The notes: a model not told the origin generated them from the sequence alone. Shown: positions 11,782 to 20,741, numbered from the stretch's first letter. The stretch: DNA of 55,128 nucleotides from Deltaproteobacteria bacterium (GCA_016219105.1 JACRCI010000115.1:1-55128), one strand, 5' to 3'. Program-made: numbers and translations.

Positions 11782-14211
11782 CTAAAAAATATCAACGACC
11801 GTCACTCCGTTAGGACCGGCAAGCGTATCTCCGTCTTTAAACCCTTTGACAAGCGGGTTTGCCGCAAGGTGCTCGTGTATCGCCTTCCTGAGCCTTCCGG
11901 TGCCTATGCCGTGTACCAGCTCTATCCTCTCCACGCCCATGGAGTGCGCGTCGTCAATGACCCTTGAGACCCTCCTTATAGCCTCCTCGACCCTCATGCC
12001 GATGAGGTTCACCCTCCCCGCCCCTGAAACCGGCGTGGCCGGCTGGTTGGCCGTCGAGGACGGCTGGTGGGCCGGCGTGGCCACCACCGTTACTGACCCG
12101 CCAGTCGTCCTCGACGGCCCGCCCGTGGCTCCGGCCTTTTTAAGTTTATCCCACCTGACCCATACCTTGAGGTTCCCGGCGGCCATCTCGGCGTTCCTCC
12201 TCTCCCCGTCCACCCTCAACACGACCCCTCTTATGCGGCTTCCCTCCATCTCCACCGTGTCGCCGGCCGACGGCACGTAGATTTCCTTCCGGGGACTTAG
12301 AACTAACGACACCCGCTCTTTCACCTTTCCGAGATTGCGGATGCCGTCTCCCGCATCCGGCGCCTTTGGAGCGGCCTTCATATGCTCAACCAATCCTCTT
12401 ATCTCTGAAGCGGCCTTTTCCGCTATCGCGTCAAACCTCTTCCTCGCGCTCTCCCGCAGCCCTTTTCCCTCATCCCTCAGCCTTTCAAGGGCCTTTTGCC
12501 TTTTTTCCTCCATCTTTCCGAGCCTCTCGTTAAGGGCCTCGAGCCTTTTCCGCTCCTCATCAAGCCTGCGCATACCCTCCACGTATGGACCTTCCTCGAT
12601 GTCAAGCGTCCTGCGGGCCCTCTCTATGATGTCCGGCGGTATGCCGTATGTAGAGGCTATCGAGAGGGCGAGACTCGGCCCGGGCATACCGTAGCGGAGC
12701 GTGTAAAGCGGCCTCATGGTCTTATCGTCGAACACGACCGACGCGTTCTCGTAAGCCCGGTCTACCTGCGCGTGGGCCTTCAGGAGGTTCAGGTGTGTGG
12801 TTACCACGGCGCGCGCCCCCCGCTCCTTGAGCCCTTCGAGCATCGCCAGCGCGAGAGAACCTCCCTCGGAGGGGTCCGTTCCAACGCCGATTTCGTCTAT
12901 GAGGACGAGCGTATCGGAGTCGCTCTTTTCGAGGATCTCCGCCATCCTTTTAAGGTGGGCCGAAAACGTGCTCAGGCTTTCTCCTATGTTCTGCCTGTCC
13001 CCTATGTCGGCGAATATCGCGCCGAAAACCCGCGCCTCCGAGCCCTCTAAAGCCGGTATCGGAAGGCCGGATTGGGCCATGAGCGACAATAGCCCAAGCG
13101 TCTTAAGGGCGACGGTCTTTCCTCCGGCGTTGGCGCCCGATATGACGAGTACTTTTTTATCCTCTCCCATGAGGATGTCCACCGAAACGACCCTGGCTAC
13201 GCCGTTTGCCTCCTTGAAAGCTAATATCGGATGCCTCGCCCCCCTGATATTTATACCGCCCCCCATGATGCTCACGCCCCCGGCGGCCATAAGCGCCGGT
13301 ATGACGCCTTTTATGTGCCTCTTGAAAATGGCCTTCGCCTGGAGAAAATCAAGTTCCGCCGCTATCTCACCGTCGTTTAAAAGGACATCCCTCAGACCGA
13401 GGAGTATCGAGCAAACGCCTTTAAGTATCTCTATCTCCTCTTCCTTTTCATCCCTTTTGAGTATGGCTATGCGATTATTGATATCAACCGTCTCGAACGG
13501 CTCTATGAAATACGTCGAGCCGCTCCCGGACCTGCCGTGGACTATCCCCGGAAAATGAGAGTGAGGCCCGGCCTTTACGCAAAGAACCATGCGGTCGTCC
13601 CTCAGGGTGAAGACCTCATCCTGGAGCTCGTCGCCCAGGGATTTTTTCCTTATAAGTTCCTCTATCGCCTTCCTGCAGCGCTCCTTAAGCGCCGCGGCCT
13701 CGTTCCTTATGCCCCTGAGCCTCCCGGTGGCGCCGTCCTTTATATACCCGGCCTCATCGAGTATGTCGTCGAGGGCGAGATACAGAGAACGGGGGGTGGA
13801 GAGCGAATCCGCCTTTGCGGTTATAAGCGGAAAATGTCGTCCGGCCAGCCGGGTCAGGAAGGCCTTCAGTTCCAAAAGCCCCTCAACCGTGTGCTTCACC
13901 TCAAGGAGTTCGTCCGGCTGAATGTATCCGCCGGGCTTAAGCCTCTTTAGCGGCCCTTTCAGGTCGCCTATGCCGCCAAGCGGGAGTATCCCGGCACGGC
14001 CGGCTGGATGGCCGCCGGTTTGTCCAATGGAGTGATTGTTAAGCAGGGATACGGCTTCATTCAGAGATAGGCGGGACGCATCAATGGCGGAGATATCCGC
14101 CATCGGTCTTAAAGAGCGCACAAGCTCGCGGCCCGGCGGCGTTTGCGCGAAGCCTTCGAGTTCTTTCAATACAGCCGGGTATTCAAGGGCCTCAAGGGTT
14201 GTTTCATCCAT
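11782..14211 (-). CDS. mutS2: endonuclease MutS2 (MutS ATPase plus C-terminal Smr domain)
   Basis: Walker A GANAGGKT, DEIGVGTDP motif and C-terminal Smr motif LVHGIGTGRLR. Start placed at ATG 14211 (MDETTLEALEYP). Confidence 0.9.
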   Translation of the reverse strand: MDETTLEALEYPAVLKELEGFAQTPPGRELVRSLRPMADISAIDASRLSLNEAVSLLNNHSIGQTGGHPAGRAGILPLGGIGDLKGPLKRLKPGGYIQPDELLEVKHTVEGLLELKAFLTRLAGRHFPLITAKADSLSTPRSLYLALDDILDEAGYIKDGATGRLRGIRNEAAALKERCRKAIEELIRKKSLGDELQDEVFTLRDDRMVLCVKAGPHSHFPGIVHGRSGSGSTYFIEPFETVDINNRIAILKRDEKEEEIEILKGVCSILLGLRDVLLNDGEIAAELDFLQAKAIFKRHIKGVIPALMAAGGVSIMGGGINIRGARHPILAFKEANGVARVVSVDILMGEDKKVLVISGANAGGKTVALKTLGLLSLMAQSGLPIPALEGSEARVFGAIFADIGDRQNIGESLSTFSAHLKRMAEILEKSDSDTLVLIDEIGVGTDPSEGGSLALAMLEGLKERGARAVVTTHLNLLKAHAQVDRAYENASVVFDDKTMRPLYTLRYGMPGPSLALSIASTYGIPPDIIERARRTLDIEEGPYVEGMRRLDEERKRLEALNERLGKMEEKRQKALERLRDEGKGLRESARKRFDAIAEKAASEIRGLVEHMKAAPKAPDAGDGIRNLGKVKERVSLVLSPRKEIYVPSAGDTVEMEGSRIRGVVLRVDGERRNAEMAAGNLKVWVRWDKLKKAGATGGPSRTTGGSVTVVATPAHQPSSTANQPATPVSGAGRVNLIGMRVEEAIRRVSRVIDDAHSMGVERIELVHGIGTGRLRKAIHEHLAANPLVKGFKDGDTLAGPNGVTVVDIF
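12032..12082 (+). repeat. dispersed repeat, two tandem units (in mutS2, antisense orientation)
   Basis: GGCGTGGCC-GGCTGGTTGGCC-GTCGAGGAC-GGCTGGTGGGCC-GGCGTGGCC, translated on the minus strand as ATPAHQPSSTANQPATP. Confidence 0.8.
12095..12117 (-). repeat. dispersed repeat copy, inverted relative to 12051-12073 (in mutS2)
   Basis: Minus strand reads CCGTCGAGGACGACTGGCGGGTC (20/23 identical to the neighbouring plus-strand copy), translated as PSRTTGGS. Confidence 0.7.
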
Positions 14212-14282
14212 AACGCTTACGGGGCAACGGCTTTTGAAGGCGCACAATAGGCCCCATCATTACGTCATTACCGCTGTCCATA

Positions 14283-14309
14283 TAAAAGAGCGGGGGCGGC
14301 CTACCCCCG
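14283..14309 (-). terminator. candidate intrinsic terminator after the NIF3-like gene
   Basis: Stem CGGGGG/CCCCCG with a 7-nt loop overlaps the stop codon and is followed on the minus strand by CTCTTTTATA. The U-tract is short. Confidence 0.35.
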
Positions 14310-15263
14310 TTCCTTCCTTGTAATCCTCTTGAAACCGGAGCAGTTTATCACGTCCACGCCCGCATCCAACACGTCGTCCAGGAGGAGGTTCATCCCGAGG
14401 TTGTCGCTTGCGATATGCCCGGCTATGAGGACGTTTATGTGGTGTTTCTGGGCCTCCTTACGGTGGTCTTCGCTTATGTGCATGCCCACGATGGTCCCGA
14501 CCCCGGCCCTCGACAGCCCCTCGTAGACGTTCTTGCTCCCGCCGGTGCCGCCGGTCATGTCCACGAATATCCTGCCGGCCCTGCGCCCGGAGCCGCCCGT
14601 CACGATCTTCGGCCCCGCGGTCTCATTGGCCGCAAAGCGGTATTCCGGCATATCGCGCAGCATATCGAGGGCGTCCGATACGTAAAGCGGCTTTTTTTCG
14701 TCGAATATCCCCTGCAGGAAGTTCGCAACGGCGTTGTCAGAAGGCGTGTGCACGCACATAAACGGGATGCCGAGGAGCCTTGCGGCGTCAATGGCCCTTG
14801 TGTGGTTGGCGGGAAGGAGTTTTCTCTCGACCTCGTTTATCCTCTCCTCCATGACGCCCTCGGCGAAATGTATGGGCACGCCGTATTTCAAAAGCAGGGG
14901 CGCCTGCATGCCCATGACCTCATAGAGCGCGGCCATGGCCCTGCCTTCGGGATGGTGCGAGATGATGAGGTCAATCCTGCCGCCCCGCTCGCCTATCCTG
15001 TCGGCCAGGACGACCTCCCCGACCTCCATGTCAATGCCCACAATGACCCTTTTGACCTCGGTTTCAGGGTCGCCGGAGAGTATGCGGGTGTCGGAGTACG
15101 GGTTTTTAAGGCGCTCCCTGTCGAACCATTTCCTGTCCTTTTCCCTCAAGTCGGCGAGTTCCCTGTCGGCCCTCTTCAGGTCTTGCGCGACCTCGTCCGG
15201 GCCGCGCGGGTCGAGTTCCATGCCCCTTTTTACGGCCCTCTCGTAGATGTCCTTTATCGTCAT
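14301..15263 (-). CDS. Nif3-like dinuclear metal centre protein (GTP cyclohydrolase 1 type 2 family)
   Basis: 320 aa with the ISHHP and GHxxSD motif pattern of the NIF3/YbgI family. Confidence 0.8.
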   Translation of the reverse strand: MTIKDIYERAVKRGMELDPRGPDEVAQDLKRADRELADLREKDRKWFDRERLKNPYSDTRILSGDPETEVKRVIVGIDMEVGEVVLADRIGERGGRIDLIISHHPEGRAMAALYEVMGMQAPLLLKYGVPIHFAEGVMEERINEVERKLLPANHTRAIDAARLLGIPFMCVHTPSDNAVANFLQGIFDEKKPLYVSDALDMLRDMPEYRFAANETAGPKIVTGGSGRRAGRIFVDMTGGTGGSKNVYEGLSRAGVGTIVGMHISEDHRKEAQKHHINVLIAGHIASDNLGMNLLLDDVLDAGVDVINCSGFKRITRKERG

Positions 15264-15281
15264 AACTTCACCTCCGGGGTT

Positions 15282-15764
15282 TTATCCGGCAAGCATCCCC
15301 TTGACCATATCCTGCACGGTTTTTCCGTCCGCCTTGCCTTTCAGCTTTTCCATGACGGCCTTCATCAGCCTGCCGGTATCCTTCGCGGTTACGGCGTTTA
15401 TCTCAACGGCGACGGCCTTCACGATAACGGCTATCTCATCGGGGGACATCTGGGCCGGCAGGAAACCCTTTATTATCTCAAGTTCCTTCCCCTCCTGCTC
15501 CGCGAGGTCGGCCCTTCCACCCTTGCTGAACTGCTCTATGGACTCGCGCCTCTGCTTGGCGAGCGTGGAGGCCACCTGCCGGATCTCCTCGTCCGTGAGA
15601 GGTCTTCTCAGGTCTATCTCCTTATTCTTTACCGCGGCGAGCAAAAACCTTATGGTGGACAGTCTGAGCTTTTCCCCGGCCTTCGCGGCCTTCACCATCT
15701 CGCCCGTTATCGTCTCCTTCAAGCCCGTCGTTTCCTTCAAGCCCGTCGTTTCCTTCAAGCCCAC
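15282..15764 (-). CDS. GatB/YqeY domain protein
   Basis: KLRLSTIRFLLAAVKNKEID plus a GatB_Yqey-like C-terminus. The GTG start follows an AAGGAGG RBS. The N-terminus carries a GLKETT x3 repeat. Confidence 0.8.
   Translation of the reverse strand: MGLKETTGLKETTGLKETITGEMVKAAKAGEKLRLSTIRFLLAAVKNKEIDLRRPLTDEEIRQVASTLAKQRRESIEQFSKGGRADLAEQEGKELEIIKGFLPAQMSPDEIAVIVKAVAVEINAVTAKDTGRLMKAVMEKLKGKADGKTVQDMVKGMLAG
15714..15764 (-). repeat. 18-bp tandem repeat x3 at the 5' end of the yqeY-like CDS
   Basis: TTCCTTCAAGCCCGTCGT occurs three times head to tail, encoding GLKETT-GLKETT-GLKETI directly after the start codon. Confidence 0.9.
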
Positions 15765-15803
15765 TGGTCCCCCTCCTTTAACAGTTATGCGCCCTGGGCG
15801 CCC

Positions 15804-16391
15804 CTACGCCCCCTTCTTTATCTCCGCGAGCACGGACTTGACCACGCTTTTAAGCGTCTCGAAAACCCCTGTCCCCTGTAACGCCATGCCCTCGAAGTCA
15901 GGCACGCCGTCTACGTTTAATATCTTCTTCATCTCGGCCACAGGGACGCAGTTCAGTATGTCGCGCTTATTGTACTGGATCACATAGGGTATTTTCTTGA
16001 GGCTGTAGCCGTGGTCCTCAAGGTTATCCTTCATATTGTCGAAGCTTTCGATATTGGCGTCCATCCTCTCGACCTGGGAGTCCGCCACGAACACTATGCC
16101 GTCAACCCCCTTGAGTATGAGTTTCCTGGAGGCGTCGTAGAATATCTGCCCCGGCACCGTGTAGAGGTGGAAACGCGTCTTGAAGCCCTTTATCTCGCCG
16201 AGCGCGAGCGGCAGGAAATCGAAAAAAAGCGTCCTCTCGGTCTCGGTGGCCAGCGATATCATCTTGCCCCTGGACTCGGGCCTTGTTTTCCTGTAGATGA
16301 AGTTCAGGTTTGTCGTCTTGCCGCAGAGCCCCGGCCCGTAGTAGACGATCTTGCAGTTTATCTCTCTGGCGGAGTAGTTAATGAACGACAT
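15804..16391 (-). CDS. mglA: gliding-motility / polarity Ras-like GTPase MglA
   Basis: [29 protein letters not shown] and [33 protein letters not shown] are near-identical to my recollection of the Myxococcus MglA motifs. Confidence 0.92.
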   Translation of the reverse strand: MSFINYSAREINCKIVYYGPGLCGKTTNLNFIYRKTRPESRGKMISLATETERTLFFDFLPLALGEIKGFKTRFHLYTVPGQIFYDASRKLILKGVDGIVFVADSQVERMDANIESFDNMKDNLEDHGYSLKKIPYVIQYNKRDILNCVPVAEMKKILNVDGVPDFEGMALQGTGVFETLKSVVKSVLAEIKKGA

Positions 16392-16456
16392 GGGCAGTCT
16401 CTCGGGTCAAACGGGCTTACCCGGCGGGGACGTTCTGGCCGGCGTCCGGGTGGGGT

Positions 16457-16936
16457 CTAATGGAACAGGTTCTCTATGTCTTCGTCCGTGATCTCTTCGA
16501 GCAGGCTTTCCCTGGCCGTCGAGGACTCCATCCTCCTCAGTATCCGCTGGATGCAGCCGGAGATCTCCTCGCTCGCCCTGCGCACCCTGAGCCTCACGAG
16601 CCCCAGGCTCGACCTCTCGCCGAAAATCACCACCAGTATCATCCTCTGCCCCACTATCGAGATGTGTATGTTGTCCTTCTCCCCTTCGTGGAAGAGTATG
16701 GAAAATTCCTTCTCCCCGATGAGCTTCGCGAGCCCGCCCGTGGCGGCGATGTTCCCGGCGGTAAGCGACGCGAGCGAGGTCGAGTCTATGTCCTTCGTAT
16801 CCCCGCTTGAGGCTATCAACTGGCCGTCCTTGTCAACGAGATAAACGCTCTTCGCGTTCGAGTCCCTCAGGAGCCGTTCTATTACATGGGATATCTCCCT
16901 CAATTCCTCTTCGAACATCACGAGCGATTGTTCCAT
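16457..16936 (-). CDS. mglB: roadblock/LC7 domain protein, MglB-like GAP
   Basis: 159 aa immediately upstream of mglA with a Roadblock/LC7-like pattern (VYLVDKDGQLIASSG). Confidence 0.78.
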   Translation of the reverse strand: MEQSLVMFEEELREISHVIERLLRDSNAKSVYLVDKDGQLIASSGDTKDIDSTSLASLTAGNIAATGGLAKLIGEKEFSILFHEGEKDNIHISIVGQRMILVVIFGERSSLGLVRLRVRRASEEISGCIQRILRRMESSTARESLLEEITDEDIENLFH

Positions 16937-16997
16937 TGAATCCCCTTGGCCGAACCTCTTCCGCTCCCCACGTCAGGTAAAAAATCCGCGCGGCCCG

Positions 16998-17933
16998 TTA
17001 AAAGACGGCCTTGCCGTCCATATCAAGGAGCCTCTGCCACTCGGCGTCTATCCTCTTCTGCGTTTCGTCCAGAAGGTGACTGTTCTCGGGCTTGAAAAGG
17101 TGCTTGAACCTGCCCTGTATCTTGAACCAGTCGGCTATCGGCTTTTTCTCCTTCGGCCTGTAGGTGACACGCAGGATGCCGTTTTCCACCTCATAGAGCG
17201 GCCAGTAGCAGGTATCCACCGCGAGCCTTGCGGCGTTGATGCTGTCCTCGGGCTTGGAGTACCAGCCCAGCGGGCACGGAGAGATTATGTTCATGAACGC
17301 CGGGCCCGCGACATTGAACGCCTTCCGGGCCTTTCCTTCGAGGTCCCTCCAGTTATGCGGCGAGGCCTGGGCCGCATACGGGATGTTATGCGCAACGACC
17401 ACCCTCGTCAGATCTTTCCTCCACTCCTGCTTGCCGGGACGCTTTGCTCCCGCGGGCGAGGTGGTCGTCGCGGAACCCAGCGGTGTCGCGCTCGAGCGCT
17501 GGATGCCGGTGTTCATATAGGCGCCGTTATCGTAACAGACGTAGAGGAAGTTATGCCCCCTCTCCAGCGCCCCGGAAAGCGCCTGAAAGCCTATGTCATA
17601 CGTGCCGCCGTCGCCGCCGAGGGCGAGGAATTTTATTTCCTTGTCCGCCGGTATTCTCCCCTTTTTCTTAAAGGCCCTATACGCGCTCTCTATGCCGCTT
17701 ATCGTTGCCGCGGCGTTTTCAAAGGCCGAGTGTATCCACGGGATCCTCCACGCGGTATACGGGTATATGCTCGTGCCCACCTCAAGGCATCCGGTCGCGC
17801 TGGTGGCCACTACCGGAGAACCCGCGCTCCTTAAAAGAAGCCTCACTATCGGGGGGATGCCGCAGCCGGAACACAGGCGGTGCCCGCCGCTGAAAAGCTC
17901 GTCCTTTGCCGCAAGTTCTTTAAGCGTCGCCAT
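16998..17933 (-). CDS. porB: pyruvate:ferredoxin (2-oxoacid) oxidoreductase beta subunit, TPP-binding
   Basis: CSGCG near the N-terminus and GGDGGTYDIGFQ TPP motif; last gene of the por operon. Confidence 0.9.
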   Translation of the reverse strand: MATLKELAAKDELFSGGHRLCSGCGIPPIVRLLLRSAGSPVVATSATGCLEVGTSIYPYTAWRIPWIHSAFENAAATISGIESAYRAFKKKGRIPADKEIKFLALGGDGGTYDIGFQALSGALERGHNFLYVCYDNGAYMNTGIQRSSATPLGSATTTSPAGAKRPGKQEWRKDLTRVVVAHNIPYAAQASPHNWRDLEGKARKAFNVAGPAFMNIISPCPLGWYSKPEDSINAARLAVDTCYWPLYEVENGILRVTYRPKEKKPIADWFKIQGRFKHLFKPENSHLLDETQKRIDAEWQRLLDMDGKAVF

Positions 17934-17949
17934 CTCTCCCCCCGCCTTT

Positions 17950-19140
17950 CTATGACTTCAAATAGCCGGTAAGTTCTTCCATCCGCCCGGTCTCTATTAT
18001 CCTGTAAAGCCCCTCAAAGACAGCCGTTGAGTGCTCAACCGTATAGTCCCTTCCGCCGAGGCCGAATATCCTGCCCATGACCTTCGGGACGCTCGCCAGC
18101 CCGTAAAGGGCCGAACGGACCTCGCTGAACAAAGGCCCTCCGAATCCGTTCATGGAATCGGCCCTGTCCAGCACGCACACGGCCTTTACGTTCTTAAGCG
18201 CCGCGGCTATCTCCGCGTAAGGGAAGGGCCTGAAAAGCCTGGGCTTGAGAAGCCCGACCTTCTTGCCCTTTTTCCTCAATTCGTCAACCGCGACCTTGGT
18301 CGTGCCGGCCGCGGAGTTCAACACGACGATTGCCGCCTCCGCGTCCTCAAGCCTGTAACACTCCATAAGCCCGTAGTGTCTGCCGAACCTGCGGCCAAAA
18401 TCCGAACCCACCTCGACCACGACTTCCTTCGCGCCGGCTATGGCCATGGACTGCTCATGCTTGAAATCCATGTACACGTCCTGCAGCGTCATGGCGCCCA
18501 TGGTGATAGGGTTGTCGGTATCGAGAAGCGAGCGTCCCGGCTTGTAATCGCCGATAAAGCCCTTTACCTCGCCGTCGGCGAGAAGCGTAATGTTCTCTAC
18601 GGCATGGCTCGTTATGAAGCCGTCCATGCAGACCATCGCCGGCGTAAGTACCCTCGGGTCCTCGGCTATACGCACGGCCTGCAGGAGGTTATCATACGCC
18701 TCTTGAACCGTCTCGGAGTAAAGCTGTATCCAGCCGGAATCCCTCGCCCCCATCGAATCGGAATGGTCGCAGTGTATGTTTATAGGCGCGGAAAGCGCCC
18801 TGTTAACCACGGTCATAACCACCGGGAGCCTCATGCCGGACGCTATGTATAGCATCTCCCACATAAGGGCCAGCCCCTGAGAACTCGTCGCGGTCATAAC
18901 CCTCGCCCCGGCCGCCGAGGCGCCAACGCACGCGCTCATGGCCGAATGCTCGCTCTCCACCGTTATAAGCTCGGTTGAGACTTGACCGTCCGCGTAATAA
19001 CTCGAAAACTCCTCGATTATCCCCGTGGAAGGCGTTATCGGATAGGCCGCGCACACGTCCGGGTCTATCTGCCTCATCGCGTAGGCTATGGCCGAGTTTC
19101 CGGTAAGCCCAACCTGTTTTCCGGTAACAATCGCCATCAT
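17950..19140 (-). CDS. porA: pyruvate:ferredoxin oxidoreductase alpha subunit
   Basis: LTGNSAIAYAMRQIDPDVCAAYPITPST N-terminus. ATG 19140 overlaps the porD stop (ATGA) and follows GAGGAGGG. Confidence 0.9.
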   Translation of the reverse strand: MMAIVTGKQVGLTGNSAIAYAMRQIDPDVCAAYPITPSTGIIEEFSSYYADGQVSTELITVESEHSAMSACVGASAAGARVMTATSSQGLALMWEMLYIASGMRLPVVMTVVNRALSAPINIHCDHSDSMGARDSGWIQLYSETVQEAYDNLLQAVRIAEDPRVLTPAMVCMDGFITSHAVENITLLADGEVKGFIGDYKPGRSLLDTDNPITMGAMTLQDVYMDFKHEQSMAIAGAKEVVVEVGSDFGRRFGRHYGLMECYRLEDAEAAIVVLNSAAGTTKVAVDELRKKGKKVGLLKPRLFRPFPYAEIAAALKNVKAVCVLDRADSMNGFGGPLFSEVRSALYGLASVPKVMGRIFGLGGRDYTVEHSTAVFEGLYRIIETGRMEELTGYLKS

Positions 19141-19427
19141 CCCTCCTCTTCCATCTTTATGGCCTTGACCTTGTCCGGACACTCGGCCGCGCATATCCCG
19201 CAGCCCTTGCAGTGTTCGAGGTCAAAACCTATCATCTTGCCGTCCTTGACCACGACGGCCGAATCCGGACACATGACCCAGCATATAAGGCAGTTCGTGC
19301 ATTTTTCGCTGTCAACGACGGGTCTTAATTTACGCCACCCGCCCGTGGAATAGCCGTGGGCGCTTCCCGCCTCGCGTATCACCCCTCCCGGCGGCACGTC
19401 TCTTTCCCCTTCCTTTTCCTTCTTCAT
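19137..19427 (-). CDS. porD: pyruvate:ferredoxin oxidoreductase delta subunit (2x[4Fe-4S] ferredoxin)
   Basis: Two Cys clusters, CTNCLICWVMCP and CKGCGICAAECP. Confidence 0.9.
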   Translation of the reverse strand: MKKEKEGERDVPPGGVIREAGSAHGYSTGGWRKLRPVVDSEKCTNCLICWVMCPDSAVVVKDGKMIGFDLEHCKGCGICAAECPDKVKAIKMEEEG

Positions 19428-19428
19428 C

Positions 19429-20073
19429 TCACTCCCCTTTCACTTCTTCAAAACCCTTCCTTATCGCCTCGATGTTGCCCTCTATTACCTTCGCGTCGAA
19501 TTTTTTGGAGTAGTTCTCCCTGAAGTTGTCAATTATGGACTGCAGTTCCACCGTCCCGGCCACCTTTGAAAGGGCGCCGAGCATGGGGGTATTGGGCAGA
19601 TGACGCCCTATCTTTTCAATTGAAATCCTGGAGGCGTCCACCGTATAAACCTTGCCTTCGCCGTCTTTAATGCCCAATTCTTTCCTCATCTCCCCAGGCG
19701 GGCGCGGGGTATTGACGATGAACACCGTATCCTTAGAGGTGCCCTCGACGAGAGGGCTCGGCCCACCAGCCGTCTTCGACGGACCGCCGGAAGAAGTTTT
19801 TCCGCCCCCGCCTTTGCCCCCGCCTTTACCAATGAGCGTCGGGTCCACTATGATGACTATACCCGGGTTCTTCACCTGGCAGTGCATACGCACCGGCTCG
19901 GTGGAGAGCCTGTTAAAAGCCCTCACCGGCGCGCCCATCCTCTCAGGACCGAACTCCGGGAACGCCTGCACGTACTTGCCTTCCCTCAGGGCCGTCTCGC
20001 CGAGAAGTTTGGCCGCGGTAACGACACCCTGCTGCGCCCTTCCATGCCATCTAACCTCGGTATATTTCTCCAT
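19429..20073 (-). CDS. porG: pyruvate:ferredoxin oxidoreductase gamma subunit, with a Gly/Lys-rich insertion
   Basis: RWHGRAQQGVVTAAKLLGE and NTPMLGAL motifs. About 25 extra residues (GKGGGKGGGGKTSSGGPSKTAGGPS) are present relative to canonical gamma subunits. Confidence 0.88.
   Translation of the reverse strand: MEKYTEVRWHGRAQQGVVTAAKLLGETALREGKYVQAFPEFGPERMGAPVRAFNRLSTEPVRMHCQVKNPGIVIIVDPTLIGKGGGKGGGGKTSSGGPSKTAGGPSPLVEGTSKDTVFIVNTPRPPGEMRKELGIKDGEGKVYTVDASRISIEKIGRHLPNTPMLGALSKVAGTVELQSIIDNFRENYSKKFDAKVIEGNIEAIRKGFEEVKGE
19760..19782 (-). repeat. dispersed repeat copy (in the porG insertion)
   Basis: Minus strand reads CCGTCGAAGACGGCTGGTGGGCC, translated as PSKTAGGP. Confidence 0.75.
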
Positions 20074-20118
20074 CTCATCCGTCCTTGATGTTATTTGCGC
20101 TTCCAGTAAATGAGGCCG

Positions 20119-20718
20119 TCAGATTTCTCTTCTGCCTTCCATTGCCCTTCCGAGCGTGGAGGGGTCCATGTATTCGATATGACCGCCCACGGGCACGCCG
20201 GACGCGATGCGGGTGAGCCTCAAGTCAAACCGGTTCAAGGCCTTTTTAAGGTAATGGGCCGTGGCCTCGCCCTCCGCGTCAAAGGCCGTCGCGAGTATTA
20301 TCTCTTTTATCGCGCCGTCCGACCGTATCCTGCCTACAAGCTCCCCAAGCCTTATATCGTCCGGCCCTATGCCCTTTAGCGGCGAAAGCAGCCCGTGGAG
20401 TATATGGTACCTGCCCCTGTACGTGCCCGCGGCCTCCAGCGCTATCATGTCCCTGTAATCGCAGACAACGCAAACGACCGCCGCGTCCCTCGACGCATCG
20501 GCGCATATCCTGCACGGGTCTTTCTCGGAAAAACCCATGCACACCGAACAGCGCCTCACCCTGTCCCTTACGTCCTTTATGCTGCTTATAAGCTCTTCGG
20601 CGTAACCACCTTTCGCGTTGAGGATGAAAAGGGTCATCCGGGACGCCGTCTTCTCCCCTATCCCCGGAAGTGTGGATAGGGCCTTTATAAGCCTCAGAAT
20701 AGGTTCCGCGTATTGCAT
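20119..20718 (-). CDS. recR: recombination protein RecR
   Basis: HhH motif LPGIGEKTASR, C4 zinc finger CSVC..CRIC and a Toprim domain. Start placed at ATG 20718; the longer ORF-track N-terminus overlaps ybaB and is low-complexity. Confidence 0.92.
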   Translation of the reverse strand: MQYAEPILRLIKALSTLPGIGEKTASRMTLFILNAKGGYAEELISSIKDVRDRVRRCSVCMGFSEKDPCRICADASRDAAVVCVVCDYRDMIALEAAGTYRGRYHILHGLLSPLKGIGPDDIRLGELVGRIRSDGAIKEIILATAFDAEGEATAHYLKKALNRFDLRLTRIASGVPVGGHIEYMDPSTLGRAMEGRREI

Positions 20719-20741
20719 AATATGGCCGGGGCGATGGCTCT

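Noticed and set aside
14415-15881. 488-aa plus-strand ORF spanning the NIF3-like and yqeY-like genes. Similar long antisense ORFs lie at 1710-2627, 34711-35709, 40730-41959, 43215-44273, 45672-46634 and 46713-47939.
   Set aside because: They lie antisense or out of frame to ORFs with clear conserved-family motifs. They have Arg/Pro/Gly-rich low-complexity translations typical of stop-poor alternative frames in GC-rich DNA, cross gene boundaries and lack RBS context.
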